This document shows positions 62,535-64,000 of a stretch of 64,000 nucleotides of DNA, piece by piece. The stretch lies in assembly GCA_008632985.1 (NCBI GenBank), contig QPGO01000187.1, positions 62,001-126,000 of the forward strand, read 5' to 3'. Position 1 is the first letter of the stretch; every line of letters starts with the position of its first letter. The notes beneath the pieces are model-generated. The model did not search any database and had not been told where the DNA came from. It worked only from the letters and a program-made list of their open reading frames with translations. Source of the stretch: Psammoneis japonica. Lineage: Eukaryota. The translations under genes and the position numbers were made by a program.

Positions 62535-63026
62535 TCAGTTCTTGTTTTTCTTGGACTTGATGAGCCAGTGAGAGCGCGACAAACAGTCCCTCTTCTCCTG
62601 ACAAATGTGATCTCGAAATGCTTTCAACGGGAAAGCCGCGCAAGCTTGGCGGGTTGCTCGTGGCTTCTCCGGCTCGATCTTTGTCTTGTCGCGAATCGAC
62701 GTGTCGACGTCAATCTTGAGCCACCTCTCCACCTCGGATCCCTGCCAACGAGGATAGCCTCGGAAGGCATGCGGTGCAGGAGGATGCAAACGCAGGTCGT
62801 GCAAGAAATCAGCCCTGTCTTGTTTGGCACGGGCTTGCCCGGCAGCGATGGTTTTCCGAAGATTGTTCAGGTTGCTCTGAAAACGCTCACAGGGGAATTC
62901 TTGAAATTCGGGGCACGTTTGGCAGATGGCTTTGGGTCCCATTCTGTCAACCTTCTTGGAAATGATGTCTTCCCCAAGAAGCATCTTTGCCTTGCTGTGC
63001 TTCCAACCTTTTTTTCCTCTTGCCAT
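62535..63026 (-). pseudogene. Degenerate two-repeat ORF (W..S.A..LL..D ... R.EY..F....FR.HIYQE type)
   Basis: WKHSKAKMLLGED..PEFQEF..RF and WQGSEVERWLKID..AFPLKAFRDHICQE. I recall this family as repeat-associated in diatoms; unverified. Confidence 0.5.
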
Positions 63027-63421
63027 GGTCATCGTTCCCTGTTGGCTCTGTCGTCTTGGTTCTGCTGTGTGCTGTGGACTGGCCAGGAAATCGCCAAAAA
63101 TTGTTTTGCCACAAAACTTTGGAATTTGAGTGGGCGGCACATTTCTACGTGCACACTAGATTTTCGGTGCATTTCTGCGAAACTCAGTGAGAAACAAAAA
63201 CCATGTGGAAGCGCACAGGCAGAGATTGCCAGGTTAACCCGGCAAAAAAATTTGAGTTTGAATCCCTCTTGTTGATCCTCGAAGGAAAATGTACATTGTG
63301 TTGTCTTTGCAAACACACATGGGAAAAACATTTCCCACGCTTGGCACGAACAAAATTTTGGAGGTTTAGCGAGGCAAAGTTCTCGCTCAAGTTCTTTCTT
63401 CATTGCATGCACAGCAGCTCA

Positions 63422-64000
63422 ATGAGCAGCAGTGGCAGTCAAAACCAACAGCTGCAGCAGCCACTTTCCTCTCCATCGCCCAACAGGACCAGGAGATCCA
63501 TCGGAAGCAGACGTTGCGACTCTGTTCCCGCAGCTGTCAACCAAGCAATCATTGAATCGCTGCTCCGTGATGGGACCGTCTTGTTCTCCGACTTTCACAA
63601 CAACGAACTTTGCGGATCAGCCGACAAGTCCGAGGAAAGAAGAGCTAGAAACCAATTTGACGTCATCCGCCGCTGGCTGAACTGTCAACCCAATCATTTC
63701 GACAACTTGGTCAGAGATCTCGAAGCAATCGAAGACACGCCGGAACCGGAAGAGCCTTCACCAGCAGCCGCACCAGCAGCGGTGCCAGCAGCCGCACCAG
63801 CAGCAGAACCAGCAGCATCAACACGAAGAGCCATGGCGAGCAAGTGCTGCATTGTTCCATTTTTTACAACTGTTTTGCATCTCTCACCATCACGTCGCCT
63901 TCTTCTTTTGTTCTTTTGCAGATGTCTTTGATGGTGCCAACGAGACGGCGGAGCTCCTGGCCATCGAGATCAAGGTCAGGACATTCAACTTAGTCCGACC
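63422..64000 (+). pseudogene. Divergent ORF with PAAA repeats, partial
   Basis: MSSSGSQ..PAAAPAAVPAAAPAAEPAA, with a possible intron at ~63845-63920. TpA-depleted. Confidence 0.35.

Noticed and set aside
3900..64000. Classical RIP (CpA to TpA) or CpG decay alone as the explanation
   Set aside because: Functional copies hold TpA and dead copies hold TG/CA. Conserved Tyr codons and a start codon are lost, and CpG deamination cannot remove TpA.
1..64000. tRNA/rRNA genes
   Set aside because: None recognisable by eye; a covariance-model scan was not possible.

Overview
Eukaryotic nuclear DNA, most likely a pennate diatom (short GT-AG introns, CoDi-type Copia gag, silaffin-like gene). The window is a mosaic of two sequence types. 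(i) Ordinary gene islands: ECM29, a PAM2/CCCH/RRM/RBR E3 ligase, a SWEET transporter, an EF-hand protein, a silaffin-like protein, an AAA-ATPase/PD-(D/E)XK nuclease, a RAG1/Transib/Chapaev-type transposase, a SAM-GAF-dual cyclase, a sulfotransferase-like protein, a MYND finger protein and an SGNH esterase. (ii) Sharply bounded repeat/transposon domains almost devoid of TpA. The main finding is a domain-restricted hypermutation that converts TpA to TpG/CpA (A-to-G on either strand, preferring TAY), together with CpG decay. This is the opposite direction to fungal RIP. It is visible in internal controls (an LTR pair, a target-site duplication, an intact versus dead esterase copy), and its polarity is fixed by conserved Tyr-to-Cys/His changes in retroelement proteins. 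Several TIR elements were delimited by their target-site duplications. All counts are by hand and no database search was possible.
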